Translations under genes and position numbers: made by a program
Source of the DNA: Nitrospirales bacterium
Lineage (GTDB): Bacteria; Nitrospirota; Nitrospiria; Nitrospirales; UBA8639
Length of the DNA stretch: 64,000 nt
Assembly (NCBI GenBank): GCA_965203295.1
Contig: CBDBCZ010000009.1
Span: forward strand, 160,001 to 224,000
Direction of reading: 5' to 3'
Notes under the pieces: generated by a model
What the model was told of the DNA's origin: nothing
The model's database searches: none
Seen by the model: only the letters and a program-made list of their open reading frames with translations
Shown here: positions 26,492 through 39,663 of the stretch, piece by piece
Layout: each line of letters starts with the position of its first letter
How positions within the stretch are numbered: the first letter of the stretch is position 1

Positions 26492-27703
26492 TGTGACTAA
26501 ATAGCTTGTGTCCAACTGCATGTAACTGTAATCATTGTGACTGGGATATGCCTTATATACTCTAGGAATGGGATATATAGTGCCAAATTAAGTCACATTC
26601 AGGTAGAATATTTTCAAATTAATAGCTTGGAACCATGGCTATATAATATATGTCTAGATTACTTTTCCTATAACTGATTTCCTGGAATTGATGAATGGGT
26701 TGTTGTTTGAGTTTCATTTGAGTAATCACAGCCAAGAGCCAGATTGGTGTGTGTGTGTGTGTCTGGAGGGAGTTCATCAAGAATGTGAATACCGCATTAT
26801 TTTATTGGTGAGCAAATTACTGCATCACTTAATTAAGTCTTTTGACCAACAACAAAAAATAATACAGATGATTCACTATGTTTCCGCATTATTTTTTGTA
26901 GCACTCTTTCTACAATAGAAACGATAATCAACTGCATTGGTTCACATCATTGATCAAATGTGCAAACACATTAGTGACGCATTAATTTGCTCATCGATAA
27001 TGTTTTCTACTATCTTGATGAACTCCATTCATACAGACACACATCAACTTTGCTCTATATTTGCTGTGTTCACTCATTTGAAACTCAAACAACAACCCAC
27101 TGGACAATATTTGTATTAGATTACTTTTCCTGTAACTGAATTACTCCACCCCATGCACTGGTGCATTCCAGATAACAAGCAAAATGATAATTAGCAAGGT
27201 ATATTATCAGTTACACTCCAGTGCAGGGTTCTGGGGAGCAGGAAATAGTTACATCATGTGTGTTTGACAACTCCCACATATCCGTGCAATATTGACAGGA
27301 GTACAGACTAGGCACCAAGCTAGCTAATCAGACACCAACACCAAGCTAGCTAATCAGTGGGTATAGACAAGTTTCTGCATGCCCTATAGCTGTTGCTTGC
27401 TATATCCCATCACGGCTGTTGCCATGTGACTGCATGTACATGTACGTATGCACTAGGACATGGTATTCCAAAATTGTCATGGCTATATAACGTGTGGAAT
27501 GTACTTGCTGTATTTTGTACATTTTATATGGTATGGATTTGCACCTACAAGCAGAGACTGAGCATGCAAAAACATAAATGAAAGTAGGGAACTTATAATC
27601 ATTAGTGATGTCATTGTGATGTTGTATCTTTTCCTAATTTTCCAGTTGATACATACATACTCACACACGCCCACATACACACGCACACAGACACACAGAC
27701 ACA

Positions 27704-27784
<81 letters not shown>

Positions 27785-28653
27785 AGGTATACAGTACAAT
27801 ATGTAAATTTCGAAAGGAGTGTTTTCAAATTCACCCCCAGCCATAGTATTTTCAGCACAGTAATTTAATTACCCAATCAGAATATCATACAAATCCTGGG
27901 CACATATTACAGTTATTGATGTGTGTGCTTATAAGTTCCCACTGCTCTGTTGACATGGTACTGTGTTGTTGCCATGGTTATTGTATAGGAATTTCCTGTT
28001 GTTGCTATCCTTTCTCAGCTAATCAGTGAGTGGGCGGGCTATGCAGGTAGTAATATGGTGAAGTAATAATGCACTCAGGTAGTTGTACACTAGGTGAATG
28101 TAGACCATTATAGTACATGATTGTGGGAAGCAAGTACATTATTTCTCCAATACATGAGTATATTATTGCAGAAATGAATGTATGATACGTATTTTTATTT
28201 TACATCACATAATATTCAAGCGCATGGGTAAGGTAGTATTTGTCCAGCCCTCTCTGTTTGGTTGACTGGGCTATAAGACGTGACTCAGAAAGCTTTCCCA
28301 TTCTAGGCCAGGCTTTTATGCTGATTCACCTGTTATATACGTAGCTTAGTACAAATTCTTTACTCTTCCCATATACATACCTTATTCCCTGGTGCATCTG
28401 ATGTCAAAGTGGTACCACTTCACAGACATGCACATGGGGAGTTATGGAGCTTCATGACTATTGTATTGCGTGCACATGATACAGGGGTCGAGATTTGATG
28501 GCAAAGGGTAGGTGGTTTTGCTAGAATGTGACGTCAACCTTTTACTCCTGTGTAAAGCGCAGATGATGAATTCAACCAGCCTCCCCCCTCCTTTGCTTCT
28601 TAATTTTGTGCATGCATGGGGCAGGGAGTCTAGGGGTGACACTACCAATTTAA

Positions 28654-29213
28654 TTACCCCGCGCGCGTATGCGCAAGCGGGGTTAAGTAATCGGTTTTGT
28701 CCGTCTGTTGTCGTTGTCGTCGTCGTTGTCTGTCATAAAAAAAATTGAAAAATCTCTCAAACGGGCGATTTAGAGGCTATAACGACTTCTAAACAGAAGG
28801 CTAACGCTGAAATCCGTGATACATTAGCCTGTCTGTACCTGATATAGTAGAAAGCGGTTTTATTCTCGGCATTTCCACGCTGTTTCTGATTATCGGTGTG
28901 TTCCACCATTTTTTTAATACGGCAAGTGGTCACGCCTTTTTTAATACGGCAGTTGGTCACGCCTATAGCTTGAATACGGACATACGCGAGCCCTCGAGTA
29001 TGGTATAAGAGTCTTTTATTCAACATGGAGCTTAGAAGAGATATTCAGATGGAGGGTGCGGTCTGGGCACGAGACTAAAAGCATACTGGAGTATACGCAG
29101 AGAAACGCATGTATCATTACTACGGCGATCAGCCACGCCTACAGCTCGTATACGGCGTTACAGTCTGCAGGGTCCAGGAGCGCGGGGTATGTCTCTGCTA
29201 GAGACCTCTAGTT
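28654..29213 (+). mobile_element. Helentron-like element (HINE), subfamily B
   Basis: Aligns to 17854-18393; carries an extra MITE-end fragment (GTCTGGGCACGAGACTA) near 29060. Confidence 0.75.
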
Positions 29214-30789
29214 TTTAGCTGTTTTGACTGATTAGTGATTGCCAGACTTGCACTGTGGCTAAGAATCTATGTAGGAGCTAGACTGCTAAGTGTGGATGAA
29301 GGTTTGTAGCTGACATTCCTAGCAAGAAATGTAATGTGAAGACTGTTTGTGAGTAGAACATAACTTAAATGAATTCTACAGTTCTTGGAAGTTATTTTAC
29401 AGTTCTTGGAAGTCATTGCCTAAATAACAGTAGTTGGGTGGGTACCAATTTGTTTCAAGCTATGCAATTAATTTGCAGTTCTTGGAAATCATTACTTATC
29501 AGTCACTAGCTGCCCACCAATTTGTTTCAAGCTATGCAATTAATTTGCAGTTCTTGGAAATCATTACTTATCAGTCACTAGCTGCCCACCAATTTGTTCC
29601 ATGCTATGCAATTTACAGTTCTTGAAAATAAAATTCAAATTACATGATGTGTGAAGTGAGACATGAAAAAGGGCAGAACCTGTAAAAAGAGCCAGGAAGC
29701 TACAGTGCATGCCAAGTGAGGGGGAAAAAGTTAATAAAAAGCTGACTGGTGTGATCAAATGCGGCTCTCGATCAGCTTGGGTGAGCTTATCAGTGGAAGG
29801 TTTGCATGACTGGGCCACTGAAATCTCATCTGTAGAGAACATCATATACAGGTGATATCCTAGACAGGCTTTAGAGTCTGAATGGACAACCATATAGTGT
29901 TGTATGATTGCCTAATTGGATACATATCCAAAAGCATTTGTACATGTGCATGTTTTGTGGACATGAGGTTTGGTGGGGTAGAAACTGAGGGGTAGGGTCA
30001 ACCACACAACGATTCCTTCCACGATTATTATTGCATGTGCTCATTACTTGAATAGTATTGTTTGAGAAAGTATTCATACATGTAGACCCAGTGGAAGATC
30101 TGGATATGTGCACGGATCTTGACAAAACGTCAAGTGAAGACAATCTCTCTTCAGGCCTTGTTAGAAAGATGAAGAGACGTGAATTTTGAGTATACTGTCA
30201 CTCTTATAGACGTTTGGTCCATAATACATATATGTATAGGCAGGCACATTTGTTTTCATGAGTGTGTCTACTCTGTCTTATGTAAATATTTTCATACATG
30301 TAGACTCAGTGGAAGATCCGGATCTGTGTATGGATTAAGACGAAACGTCAAGTGAAGACTATCTCTCTTCAGGCCTTGTCAGAAAGATGAAAGACGTGAG
30401 TATTGAGTATATTGTCACTCTTACTAGCACTTGGTGTAATAAACATTTCAATGATATTAGAGTCAATACTCTTATTACTACACAGACGTGCTTAGGAGTG
30501 CTTTTATTCCGTCAAGTGAGGATGAAGATGTGACAGAAACTCAAAGCCACGCCCCTCCAGGTTCGTTTCTGGCTAGTGAAGTATGATTATGCAGATATGT
30601 ATATAAGTAGTGAAGTATGTATGAGTGCCATACGTAATTATAGGCTGGCGTATTTTGTTTCATGATTGTGTCTACTCTGCCTCATAAATCATGTAGACCC
30701 AGTGGACCAGGTGGAAAATCCGAATACAGATCCATGGGATCCTATACTAATTTCACCGGACCCCACCTCAGATGCACTACTAAAGCCTG

Positions 30790-30965
30790 TCAGTTGGAGA
30801 ATGGAGAATCATGTGCAGCACAGCCATGCTGCATTCGACATTCCAGAAGAAAAACTGTGCATTGGGTTTTCTGTGAGACATGTGAACAAGGGTACCACTC
30901 ATTCTGTGAACATATTACTGCAAAGCACTAAAACTAGTCAGACGATATGTGTGCCATGCCTATAG
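30790..30965 (+). pseudogene. Frameshifted PHD-type zinc-finger remnant, probably transposon-derived
   Basis: CAAQPC...WVFCETCEQGYHSFC in one frame and ICVPC in another give C4-H-C3 spacing. Confidence 0.45.
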
Positions 30966-32092
30966 AGAATAATTTCTGCCATTGTTATATTTTTATTTCC
31001 TAATACATGCTGTACCAAGAGTAAGAGTTTCATTTTTGACATAATTTTGTTTTTATAACATGCATACTGCACTGTACCATGCTGCGAACATAATAATTTT
31101 TTGGCTGCAGTAACTTAACACTGTTAATAACTATCCATACCCTACCATAACCATGCATAACCCTGTATATATAATGCATGTATAACCCTTGATAACCATG
31201 TATAACATCTCTCATTCTGTATTACCTGCATGCTTATTACTTGCTTTATACTCAATAACCACTCCTACCATTATAACAGGTTATAAGTCACTTTATAGAA
31301 TTCTTGTGGTCCCTATACTGCGCCTGGTCTAAAAGACGAAGATAGCAATTTGCCGCTTTGGTACTCCAGAGATGTTTTTAGCAGTGCTAACAGTCTGGTT
31401 AGTGATGACAACGCTTGAGAATAACAGTCTAGGGCTAATAAGAGCCCTAGACTGCACTGGTACCTACAGCAGCGTTCTGAACATGACATTTAAAATTTTA
31501 ATAGGGAGGCCAATTTTTTTAGGCCATCCCTACATATGGAGCTTTACCGTACTCCGTGATGGTATAAACAGGGTACAATCAATCACATAATGTTTCTTTC
31601 GATTAATGTACAAGTATTTTGGATAGTAATATACAGTACATCGTATGAGAATGGAGTGTGTAGACTACTAAACATTCACTTCCAACCATACGTATTTAGT
31701 CACCTACTTTAGCTGTTACCTGGTCAGACTGAATGAAAAACCATGCCCATCCTCCTCTGCACACACTTACAATTTCCCGTTACACTGTACCTGTTGTTGC
31801 CGTGGCTATTGTGTGGGAACTTCCTGTTGTTGCTGTCCCATCCTCAGCTAATCGGTTGGCTTTTGAGTGGACAGGCTGTGCAGATAGATGCTGGTTCACA
31901 ATAGAGTGAAGTAATTATGCTCCCATCCCATCCCATCCCATTCCATCCCATCCCACTATATAACCCCATCCCAATCCTACAACCTTGCCCTGTTGTTACC
32001 ATGGCTACTGTAAAGGAATGTCCTGTTGTTGCTATCCCATCCTCAGTGGGTGGGTCACTGTAGCCAAGTAGTAATGAGTGGCAACTATACAG

Positions 32093-32398
32093 TAGTGTTG
32101 TTTTGGTTAACTGAAACTAAAAGCAAAATGTGTTTTAGTAGGAGCAAAAACACATTTAGTTAACTAACTAAAACTAAAACTTCAAGGGTATTGGCCTCTG
32201 AGAATAAACTATAACTAAACTAATACTTTTTTCACCAGAATCTCCACATTTAGTTATGGTTAACTAATACTAAAACACTTTTAGTAACCCTTTTTTCCTT
32301 TTAGTTAACTAACTAAAACCAAAACTAAATTTTCTTCTTCACTAGCTTTTTTACTAAAACTAAATCTAATTATGTAAAGCCATACTAAAACAACACTA
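32093..32398. mobile_element. hAT-like MITE with 8-bp TSD
   Basis: TAGTGTTGTTTT...AAAACAACACTA flanked by CTATACAG (32085-32092, 32399-32406); paralogous empty site with one CTATACAG at 34050-34057. Confidence 0.85.
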
Positions 32399-35234
32399 CT
32401 ATACAGACAGGCAGTACTACAACTGATGAGTGTTGCAGGAAGCCTGGGATGGAGACTAGTGAGCATACCATAAAGTAGTACATTCCATTGGTGGTTTCCA
32501 TACTCCAAACTCAATAGTCCTGTGACTATACCCAGTGAGGCTACACATCATGCGATAGACTATTTCCAGCTATTGTGCTATACATCCTGTGGCTGATTAT
32601 AAGGAAACAGGAAATTCTTCACAAAAGCCATGGCAACAACTGGTTACCATGTAAACCTAACAGAGAAGTGGTTTCAGGTGCAAAGTACATGTGTGTTCAG
32701 AGGGTACAGGGGTATATAAGAGCAAGCTGAACGAAATTACCTCAACAGAAAGACCATCTTGATGTAGAGTTACCAAGCTCAAGCTAATTAGTCCATTAGA
32801 GAAACTCGTCAGAGAGCAGGTTAGTAACAGTTTATGTGCATCATGAGATCAGAGGAGGTAGGACATGATTCCTATAGAGGATAATATCTCACCAGTCTAT
32901 ACTGAGAATGACTCTGAGAATGACCTGCAGTTTATCCCACCATTATTGGAGGAAAGTCCAGAATGTATAAAGGTGTTGTTCATTATTATACCAATCCAAA
33001 GAGTTTTCTCTTGAAATCAGAATTAGATGTTACAGTCGACGTATATGGACCTGCTGGTGAGGTATTCTACAAAAGCCATGTCCAACCTCCTCTGAACAAT
33101 AGCAGAACCTAGTACACTGTTTTACATTGTATCCCGCTGTTACCATGGCTACTGTATAGGAATTTATTGTTTCAGCTAATTAGGCAGGCTGTGCATGTGG
33201 TATGCTTGTTCACAATACAGTGAAGTAATCATGTGCTTAGGTAGTTATGTACTAGGTAAATGCAGGGCACTGTGAGGTGAGTGGGCATGTGTACGTGTGT
33301 GATCTGCTGAGATGTAGCTAATGTAGCCAATAATAATGTAGCCAATTGTGCACAGCTTGAAAATCTTTGGAATGAGTACCAATCTTGGTACTGGCTGTGT
33401 AATTACAGCAACATGCATGGTAAAATTAAATTTGCTAGATTGACATACGTAGGTCAAGTGCGTTTGGTGATGTCAGGTAACCGTGACTTGATAAAAAGTG
33501 GTCGTGATTTAGTTTTCTGCTGTTCTACTTACCTAATTGCATTCCACTAGCAACAATTGTTTAGCTTCCAAACCCCAACCTGAACAGGTACTGTGTAGTT
33601 GAGCCAATGAGATTAGGCTTAACACATCATGCACTCCTTGCTGCACTAAACTCGTAGCTACACATAAGTACGCATGTTCGTAATCAGGTTCTCCTTGTGT
33701 ACATATATATGTTAGGAAATTTCATTTCTTCCACACAGCACATTCGGACATTCAAATATTGCTTATTTACTTGTGCTTCTTTCTCTGAGGCAGACTCTTG
33801 CCTCCTCTGAACCGCTATTGGTTTGTGCCTATACATCCCCATTGCTCTGCTCACTTGTTACAGTTTCACAACTCCAGGAGATACACTATCTCCCAGCCCA
33901 GCCCAGCCCAGCCCATTCCCAAGAACCTCATCCCAATTTCTCCAACCTTACCCTGTTGTTGCTATGTTACTGCATAGGAATTGCTATCCCATCCTCTGCT
34001 AATCTGGTGGGCAGGTCAATGTAGTCAAGTAGTATTGACTGGCATCAACCTATACAGACCAGCAGTTTACCTATGTCTGCAAATGACAGACATTGCAGGA
34101 GGCCTGGAATTGAGGCTATATCATTCAGGACTCAGTGATGGGTGTACTTAGTCAGCTCCTAGCTTACCAGCAGTTTGTCAGTCCCTCGATCATCTGTAGA
34201 AAATTTCACAGGACCCTTTAAAAGTGGTTCATTACAGTTTCTATTTTCTACCTAACATTACCTTTTACATGTACGTACATACATGCCCAGCCTTTTATCT
34301 TTACACTTGGCAGTGTATACTATCCAGTGATATACCATACATTGAGAAATTTTCATATTGAATTTCGTCAGTTAATTTTTGTGCTGTTTCATTTCAGGAA
34401 ACCAGAAGTGTAGCTTTATTGGTCGGCGTTTGATGTTGAAAAATTAAATTTTCGTCGTCATAGGATGCTGACAAAACTTCAGTGAAGATTTTAAGATAAG
34501 GGAAAATGTGTGTACATTCAAATAACACTTCACCCCACTACACATGCTTGCACGCCATTCTTAATTACGTATTAGTACAAGTATGAGTCACTAGACCTGT
34601 AGCTATCTGATTTTAGTGGTCTGAGACTACTAGTGTACAGTGTTGACACTATTGTAATTCCACGTCTGAATGATTCAATGTCTGGTGAAACAGCCATCGA
34701 AGTCAAGTGAGAGGATAACTACACGCATGGTGTATTTGGTGACATTAAGTAGTTGTGATTTGATGAAATGTTGTCACAATTTCTTGCTATAGCAAGTTTC
34801 GTGAGTGCGTTAATGGCTGCCCCAAGTTATATTGCATTACTTCATAGTGTTGTAGGTGCCTGTGGTGACTGTTTCTCAATCGTGTTATGGATGCCCCTAA
34901 GCTGTATCTTACTTCATAGGCCCTGTGGTGACCGTGCATCCTTAATTTCATAGACCCCGTGCTTCACTGCTGCAGCACTGAAGTGTCTGTTTCGAGAGTG
35001 TGCCTGGTTCATCCAGCTAAAGCAGTGTGGACTCGCTCCCACACTCATCTTTTGAGGTTCTTCAATGGTAGCCTTGTGCTAGATGACAAGGGGCGGTGCC
35101 TGTTAGTGTCGACGAATGCATGCATGTCATTTTAATGGAGGCGGTATCGAAGGACCAGCTGTCCTATAGGCCTAACTCGGACCTACGTAGGCAAATTGCT
35201 AAAATCTGCGTGGAAAATGGAAAGTGGGTATGAT

Positions 35235-37040
35235 ATAAAACGCGGACTGGACCGACGGACTTGACTCCGAACCACTTTGGTTTAGCTCTCACCAAAATCC
35301 GGACTTGAGTTACGGACTGAGTAGAAATGCACGACAATGTAAATATTAACAGATCAATGTTTAAAAAGATAAAATGCACAATAGTATCCAATAGATCAAT
35401 GTTTAGATAAATATACTGATATAGCTAACACCGACATACGTAATAAAGCCAGTGAGCTGTACATGTACCAAGGAGTCTAAATTGCCATAATTATAAATTG
35501 TCAATCTGAATATGACACAGGGAATGAGGAAAGGACAAGAATAACACATTCTACTCTTCAACTCGTGAACAATCCTGTACTGATACATAGCATGGTAAAT
35601 TAAAAATGTATGTGGCAAAAATAATTTATAGGAATGTACCATATAATTTGTTAACACTACATCTTACAACCCTCCTGTTGTTAAGTTATTTTGTTGAGAT
35701 GTGCTCAGTGGGCAGTAATGAGTGGGCAGCCAGGCATACATTGAAGTGAAAGAACGTAGCAGATACCACAGGGCAGAGGAGCATATTGCCTGCACAGCTG
35801 AGGATGATATAGCTAGACAACAACATGCAGGAAATTCCTATGCAATAGCCATGGCAACAACAGGGTACCATGTATAACAGAACAGTGGGGACTGCACACA
35901 TCAGTATTAAGTTAGAGAAAGATCTATTAGTGCATATCATGTAGGAATGGATTTCCTCAAAACAAGGTAAGTAGCAGATACCACAGACCATTGGGTAGCC
36001 AAGCATAAGTGAAAGAGAACAGCAGAAACAACAGGGCAGAGGGAAATCATGAAAACTCAGTATAATCGTTAAGCAAATTTAGGAAAAAGAATCGTTAAGT
36101 TTCATGCACACTGGCTACATCACATCTCAATCACGTATAAACATGCGCTTACTTATGCTCACCCCACAGTGCCCTGTATCTTAGTCTACAACTACATGCT
36201 AGCTGATAGCAAGCTGAGAGCTGGGCTCAGTCCTGCCAGGCCAATTATTATTATTTTTTTACATAAATGTTTCCTCTCAATTGGCGCTTCCTGGTTCTTT
36301 TTGTATATGCACAGTGGAACCTTGCTATTCCGAACCTCTGAAATACATATAACTAGGTGAACAAATTAGCAGCCCCTCCCATGTGCATGTATTACTACTA
36401 GAGAGAGGGCAGGAGCCCAGAGTTGGCCATGAAACCAACTAAGCATACATCTATAAATATCAAGCAGTATAGCTTCAGCTTACTATGGCTTCAAGGTGGG
36501 GTCACTGTCCGTAAAGTACTTTTCCATTAAGTATTGCTGAGTGAAGGAATTTAGTAATGGTATTGCTGTGAAGTGTTTCTGGAGATCCTGGCAGAGCAAT
36601 TAAGTGCATGCTAGAGCAATTACACTTATATAGAGCAATCACATCCTTATTAATTTACCTTTCGAACACAAATCTTATCACACATTGTCATGTTGTTAGC
36701 TACAGACATTGTCTATACACCACATATTGGACAGCATAGCCGATGGAAATCATATAAATAGGTGTGTCAGATTAAAATTAATACAATTCACACTTACTTT
36801 ATAGTCTGGTAGCTTAGTCACTCCCGGCCATGATCTCTCACTTGGTGTGCCAATAAACGTGGAGCGCAGTCAAGGAATATCAAGTCTGCTGATTGAATTA
36901 CATGTAGTTATTATCCTTACCCATGGCAGGATGTTTTTCCATTCAGACATGTCATTATGTAGGTGTTGCAATTTTGAGATGCTCATGCAATGAAAAGCTC
37001 AAAAACAAACCCTTTGCCCCTTTGGCCTAAGAGAAATGAG
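35235..37040 (-). pseudogene. Duplicate of the CDK5 3' region (exon 10, end of last exon, 3' flank)
   Basis: Colinear with ~46085-48480; exon-10 copy 36798-36858 (FIGTPSERSWPGVTKLPDYK) and tail YFTDSDPTLKP* ending at 36483; most of the last exon is deleted. Confidence 0.85.
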
Positions 37041-39285
37041 TATACGGTATACATTCCATCCTTAAAACGGTCCACACAAAGTTAAAAATTATTATACTTA
37101 CTATTGCATGCTGATTGAGACAATTAGCTACCACACAAGCAATTATTCAGCAAATCCTCCACACAGCATGTCCGCACTGTGTATCTATACAAACACTATT
37201 CATTGCAAGCTCCACCTGCAACAAAGCCCACTCTAACTGCACTATATACCTCTACATACAACAACTTGATCATTACCACACATGCATGCATTGCCGTGAA
37301 CACCCTTTTGCACGACTTGTTGCAGCTTGTTCACCAACTCCTCTACTTGTTTTGGATCGTGCTCTATCTCTTCCAGCGGGACAAAGGTGCCATTACTTTC
37401 AGATGTAGGGGCATCAGAGAATTCAGTGTCCAATTCTTGAGCCATTATCGATGTGGCATATAGTGTAGCCATACAAGTCTACCTTTTTCGGTAAAACTAG
37501 GGAGTATAATGCCCTAGCTGACCCCCCAAAAATTGTGACAGCTCTAAAACCCATAATTAAAATTGGGATATTTATTGTGTATAAAGTTTTGGAGTACTGT
37601 GCGGGATGTATTGAGCCCTCTGCCTTGAAAACTTCAAACCTCTGCCTTGAAATCTTCAAACCACTAAACTATACCACAATACATGTACATGTACCGTCTG
37701 TCTGACTTGAACTGTCGCCAAGATCACTCAGGCAGCAGGGGCTGGAAGGAGGCTCACTTTGAAGTGTATACCCTCTTTTGGTACATAAGTATCATAATAC
37801 AGGCACATGCAGCCTTTTACTACAATTACGACAAAATCAGTATCGTGGTAACTATTGGAGAAATCTATAAACTTTGCCATTCCAATCTGGTTCAGTTAAT
37901 GCATGTACTTTCACCAACTTTATTTGTCGGACTTTGCATGCACATTATCCTCTCTTCTCAGCTATCATGGCATTGAGAAAAGTGATGGAATCCATCGTGT
38001 GCTTTTAGTTGGCTGTAGAATAATCCCAACTTATTATCAATTAATTGCTTCTTTCCTGATTCAATGAATATGAGTACTACAATACAAGCCTGACTATTAA
38101 AAAAAGTACATGTAGTATTATAGAATAGTCAAGAAAAAACAACAACAACAACAACAACAGCAAAAATAAAAAGCCTGATTTAATAAAATCCAAGTATTCC
38201 GAAGTTTCAGAATAATCACTTTCACCTGTAAAAATAACACAGCATGCTATTAAAGCTTGCCAGGCCACTGCCCTAGATGTAAATAAACTAACTCACCTAA
38301 CTCTTGAGCCGGCACACTACTTCTGGGCTGAGCCTGGAGAAAGAGTACTGCAATGTAACCGCAGATCTATAGGTACAGGAGTTCTCTATACAGCTCAGAC
38401 ACTTGATTTTAGCCTCATTCCCAGGCCTACATGTCTAGCTTGCATCACGTGCTGTATGAAAGCATTTTCAAAGGTGAGAGCCTGGGAACGAAGCTACATG
38501 ACTTACACCAAATGGTTTTACACAGGCAGAGGTTTAGCCAAATCGTCAATAGAGTTCTATATTGCCAAATTATGTGACTATATTGGAATAATATCTTGCT
38601 GAGTTTGCTGACTGCCAGCCTGTTACTGCACTGTAAAATTAGACACTCAAAGCTGTATTCCTAGGTTGGCTGATCGTGCAGATGACGTCAATGTTTCTTG
38701 CTGCTATGCACACACATAATTATGCAGCCCTCATTATCATTAGTTAGGTGTGCAGGAAGTAGGTGGGGTCAACAACTTCACTCGCCTGTTGGCTAGGAGA
38801 GAGCTGTGTTCTAGCAGCAGGGTGTGTGCTCCCGGCCATAGTAGTCCTAGTGGTAGGGGAGGTGTCATCACCAGCTGACAGGAGTGCAAATTGAGGAGAT
38901 TCTCTCTGGGCTCCACACTGTAGTTCTATGGAGTGATACAGATTCTAATCAACAGGAGCACACGAACCACTAACAGAGCAGCAAATACAGCATATATTAC
39001 TTGATACATTTCCATGCAAACTTATATGTGGTGATGTAAGCATGGAAACAAGATGGAAACACGATTGAGAGAGCGAGAGTGAGAGTGAATTACTGCAAGC
39101 AAAGTGAGCTCGGGTTGGCCAAGGAACGCCCGGAGTGAATGAATGAATGAAGCTGCAGCCACACTACAACTTGCAAGTACGCAATATTATCAGCATTTGG
39201 ATAGAACCACCCTTGTACATTGTTTTGTCATCTTCAGTGGCTCATCACACCTGCTATGAAACTATTAACGAATGCATTACCGCCA

Positions 39286-39651
39286 TAGCCTCGTTCCCAA
39301 GCCCGCGCCATTTTCGGTTACACGAAAGATGTCACAGGGCCTGGGATCTAAAATCACGTGCGCGAGCCAACAGTAGAAAGGTAATTATAAGCGTGGGCGA
39401 ATACACGTGCAATTCTCAGACGAGTGAAGGTAGTGAATCTAGACTTCTTGTAGCTTTTCTTTATAGCCCGTCTATGGCGCCCGTTTGTGCCATAGACTTA
39501 CCGCTGAAAGAAAGTCTCTGGTAAAATGTAGAGAAACGCAGCCGACTTTCAAAGTAGATTATGACGTAAGTTGATCACGTGATTTTAGTTACCAGGCCCT
39601 ATGACTTTCCTTCGTGCAACTGAAAAAGTCGCGGGCCTGGGAACGAGGCTA
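39286..39651. mobile_element. MITE with ~75-bp imperfect TIRs, TAG..CTA ends, 9-bp TSD
   Basis: TAGCCTCGTTCCCAAGCCCGCG...CGCGGGCCTGGGAACGAGGCTA flanked by TTACCGCCA / TTACTGCCA. Confidence 0.8.
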
Positions 39652-39663
39652 TTACTGCCATAC

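Noticed and set aside
39234..39253. Candidate ROCO terminal exon (AGVMSH*)
   Set aside because: Without the MITE the preceding intron would be only ~35 nt, implausibly short; 3' end left unresolved.
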